A stretch of 63,961 nucleotides of DNA, the filler included, from Stramenopiles sp. TOSAG23-3 (lineage: Eukaryota), in assembly GCA_900128585.1 (NCBI GenBank). It is 13 parts of 13 records of this genome, joined end to end, with 100 filler letters (N's around TTAATTAATTAA, not from the genome) between each part and the next. Parts side by side here need not be neighbours in the genome. Positions count along the whole stretch, not along the records: positions 60,502 to 61,588 come from LT646515.1; positions 61,689 to 62,775 come from LT646516.1; positions 62,876 to 63,961 come from LT646517.1; 10 more parts are not named here. One strand, given 5' to 3'. A program made the position numbers and the translations under genes. This document shows, in pieces, positions 61,199-63,961 of the stretch (the stretch's first letter is position 1; each line of letters opens with the position of its first letter). The notes beneath the pieces are model-generated. The model did no database searches. It worked only from the letters and a program-made list of their open reading frames with translations, and was not told the origin of the DNA.

Positions 61199-61588
61199 AT
61201 GACACGTTTTATCTTACTCTTGACTGCATTTGCAGTCACGGTAGCTGTTGCGGTTGCCCCAGAAACCGTGATTTTGAAAAGATATATTGGTGGCACAAAA
61301 TGCCAAACGTTTAACAAAATAACGGACAGATGGGATGGTACAACTTGCTTTAAAAAAATTGGCGGGGGTTACAGAATTCTTGGCCAAGTCGACAAATGTG
61401 AAGAGGGTGCCAATTATACGACTCGGGATTTCGGCTATACTGATTCTAATTGCACTGGTAATGCAACTAGAACAAGTACAGGCAGACTCAACACGTTTGG
61501 TGTGGGATTAAATACATGTGGCCCAATCGCTGGAAATATTTTTTCAACGACGCGCTCCTATAGGTATTGCTGTGGTCCAGTGTCGGAT
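61199..61588 (+). CDS. Small secreted Cys-rich protein; 3'-partial
   Basis: Signal peptide MTRFILLLTAFAVTVAVAVA; at least 7 Cys; YTDSNCTG motif. Confidence 0.65.
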
Positions 61589-61689
61589 NNNNNNNNNNNN
61601 NNNNNNNNNNNNNNNNNNNNNNNNNNNNNNNNTTAATTAATTAANNNNNNNNNNNNNNNNNNNNNNNNNNNNNNNNNNNNNNNNNNNNC

Positions 61690-62775
61690 ACGAAATTCGA
61701 CAAGGTGGAGGACGTGGCGGACCAATCGCCGTTGGAAACGGCCCTGTCCTTGAAGGGAGAGGGGAACCAAAAGTTCAAAGGCGCCGATTACAAGGGCGCC
61801 ATCGAGTCGTACTCGGAAGCCCTGTCCACGCTGGCCAATCAAGACAAGAAGACAAAGAAGGACAAGGCCGCGGAGAAGGACGAAAAGGCGTGCCGGTTGA
61901 CCATACTGTCGAACCGTGCGGTGTGCCACAGCAACTTGAGAGAGTACAAGAAGTCAAAGGCCGATTGCGACCTCATACTGAAGGAGGATGGCCAGCACAT
62001 AAAAGCCCTGTTCAGGCGCGGCGACGCGTACATGAACTTGTCGGAAAACGTCAAGGCGTACAAGGACCTGTACCAGGTCGTGCAGCTGGACCCAAAGAAT
62101 AAGTCCGCGATCAAGAAGGTCAAGGCCCTTCGAAAGCTTGTGCACAAACGTTCGATCGAAGCGGTGCACGAGGGCCTGGCGCAGGCCAAGCGAAAGGAGG
62201 AAGAAAAGCTGTTGAAGGAAAAGCGTAGGAAGGCAAAGGAGGCGGCAGCGGCGGCGAAGGCGAAGGGCAGCACCACCCCCAGCAGTAGCAGCGGTGGCAG
62301 CAGCAGCAGCGCCCGAAAGCCGAGCAGCAGCAGTAGTAGCAAAGGCGGGAAGGACGATGGGGACGATGTCGAGATTGTCAAAGGAGAGAGCGACGTGATC
62401 AGGGGGTACAAGAAGACCAAGGATGGGAAGACCACGTCGTACTTTCACCGCGACCTCGACGATGAAGCGAAGAAGCTGATCGGGGACAACACCCCGAAGC
62501 GCATTGGGGTGTCCTCAAACGACAGTGCGCCGAGGCCCATCTCCACGCAGGGGAGTGGTTCTGCGTGGAACTCTGCAGGGACTTGGGAGGACAAGGACAA
62601 GACGAAGTGGGCAAAGGCTCGTTTGAAAGAGCTCTTGCTGGACGTGAAAATAGAAAATGGGGAAGCGTCTAGTTGCGTGGTGAAGAAGGTGGAAAAGCTT
62701 GAAGGCGATGCGAGTATTATTTCGGCGCGTGGCAAGGTGCGGTACGTGTACGATTTTAGCTTTGAAGTCCACTTT
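61690..62775 (+). CDS. TPR (Hsp90 carboxylate clamp) plus Aha1 N-domain co-chaperone; partial at both ends
   Basis: LKGEGNQKFK, SNRAVC, KALFRRG (TPR); GYKKT.DGKTTSYF; SAWNSAGTWEDKD...EGDASI...RGKVRYVYDF (Aha1_N). Confidence 0.85.
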
Positions 62776-62876
62776 NNNNNNNNNNNNNNNNNNNNNNNNN
62801 NNNNNNNNNNNNNNNNNNNTTAATTAATTAANNNNNNNNNNNNNNNNNNNNNNNNNNNNNNNNNNNNNNNNNNNNC

Positions 62877-63563
62877 ATTTGCTACAAGGACTTGTACACG
62901 GACGATTGGGAGCGCTACTCGCTGGAAAAGAAACGCACGGCCACTTTGAAAGACTACGCAGACGGGGTGAAAAGCTTCTTTGTGGATATTTTCATATGCA
63001 ACACCCCGTTTCTTTCATTGTCCCTGTATTTTAGCTACGACCGGATCGCTTACTCGACCGATCCGTTATGGGTGTCCACGATCAAGTTTCTCTTGGGCTA
63101 TAACCTTGGGCGTGTCTGGGCGTATGGGATGCACCGGCTGCTCCACACCCCGTACTTTTACAGCAGGTTTCACAAACGCCACCATGTCACCCCGGCTAAG
63201 TTGGTTGCCAGTGGGGCGTGGCTGGACTCGTACTTTGAATACCTCTTCATGGAACTTCCTTCCTTTTTGACGATGATACTGTTTTTCCCCACGAATATAC
63301 TTTTTCACCAGGTATTTTTCGTCTGGCATGGGGTATCTGCGGCCGCCGACCATTCTGGGTTTGCCTTTCCGGAAGAAGAAGGCTGGCTGCGAAACTTCCT
63401 CTTTGATGGGGAAGTGCATTACATGCACCATAAGTTGACAACATGGAACTACGGCGAAGTCGAGTGGATCGATTACCTGTTCAAGACACACCATACCCAG
63501 AGACCACAGCACGCCGCAAAGCGGCAGTTCAACCGCCAGAAAAGGATTACGCGAAGAAACTGA
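62877..63563 (+). CDS. Fatty-acid hydroxylase/sterol desaturase family membrane di-iron enzyme; 5'-partial
   Basis: His boxes HRLLH, HKRHH, DHSG, HYMHH, followed by NYG...IDYLFKT. Confidence 0.9.
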   Translation: MCYKDLYTDDWERYSLEKKRTATLKDYADGVKSFFVDIFICNTPFLSLSLYFSYDRIAYSTDPLWVSTIKFLLGYNLGRVWAYGMHRLLHTPYFYSRFHKRHHVTPAKLVASGAWLDSYFEYLFMELPSFLTMILFFPTNILFHQVFFVWHGVSAAADHSGFAFPEEEGWLRNFLFDGEVHYMHHKLTTWNYGEVEWIDYLFKTHHTQRPQHAAKRQFNRQKRITRRN

Positions 63564-63961
63564 CTGGGGCCTGGGCCTATACGAGGAGGTTTAAACCCCA
63601 TCCAGGGAGGGGCTTCGGACAGCATTTGGATGACGTAGCCTGTCCATTGCTGACTACAAAAACAACCATTAAAGGGGAAATTAAAGAAAAAGTGAAAACA
63701 AGAGTTGGACCAAGAAACATTAAATAATGAACAATTCTCACAAAAACAATTTTGGCACCCAACACGATGCATCATGCCGTCTAATTCGTGAAATATTTTT
63801 TCGCATCATAATACATTTTGAAACACATACTATTATCTAATTTGTTTTTTATTATATACATTTGGAAACATATACTATATATAACTAAGACTCTTATATA
63901 CATAAAGAGTTTTAGTTCTTTAACTTGTTCGTACTGGTTTTGTTAATCATCTTTAGCTTTC

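Noticed and set aside
7188..62875. Apparent calcium-signalling or ciliary gene cluster across the window
   Set aside because: The genes lie on separate concatenated contigs, so cross-linker adjacency has no biological meaning.
1..63961. tRNA, rRNA or snRNA genes
   Set aside because: None was recognised by eye; a covariance-model scan (tRNAscan-SE, Infernal/Rfam) would be needed to exclude them.

Overview
This window is not one locus. It is 13 unrelated contigs/scaffolds (eight of about 7.15-7.19 kb, five of about 1.09 kb) joined by artificial 100-nt N44-TTAATTAATTAA-N44 linkers, so gene neighbourhoods mean something only within a contig. The DNA is eukaryotic and intron-poor, with GC-rich genes, AT-rich spacers, one clear GT-AG intron with a TACTAAC branch point, and ciliary genes (CC2D2A, Chibby-like, dynein-like). 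A flagellated heterotrophic protist such as an uncultured marine stramenopile is my inference, not something proven here. Contig 1 is repeat-rich, with satellites, a DIRS-like gag/pol fragment, an RNase H-like remnant and a 157-bp inverted repeat. The other contigs carry ordinary-looking genes, several with unusual architecture. The best leads are: a SAM-less SAMHD1-type dNTPase with an N-terminal PCNA-binding PIP box, on a 7.15-kb contig whose two ends are a perfect 79-bp inverted repeat; a multi-repeat voltage-gated channel with a bacterial-Nav-like TLEDW filter and an EF-hand; a dynein heavy chain with decayed P-loops; a threonine dehydrogenase-EF-hand fusion; a rifampin phosphotransferase/PigC-type dikinase; a kinase with a mitochondrial presequence; and a dispersed repeat family found only in gene 3' flanks, with one copy bounded by a 12-bp target-site-like duplication. 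All protein assignments come from motif recognition by eye; no database search was run.
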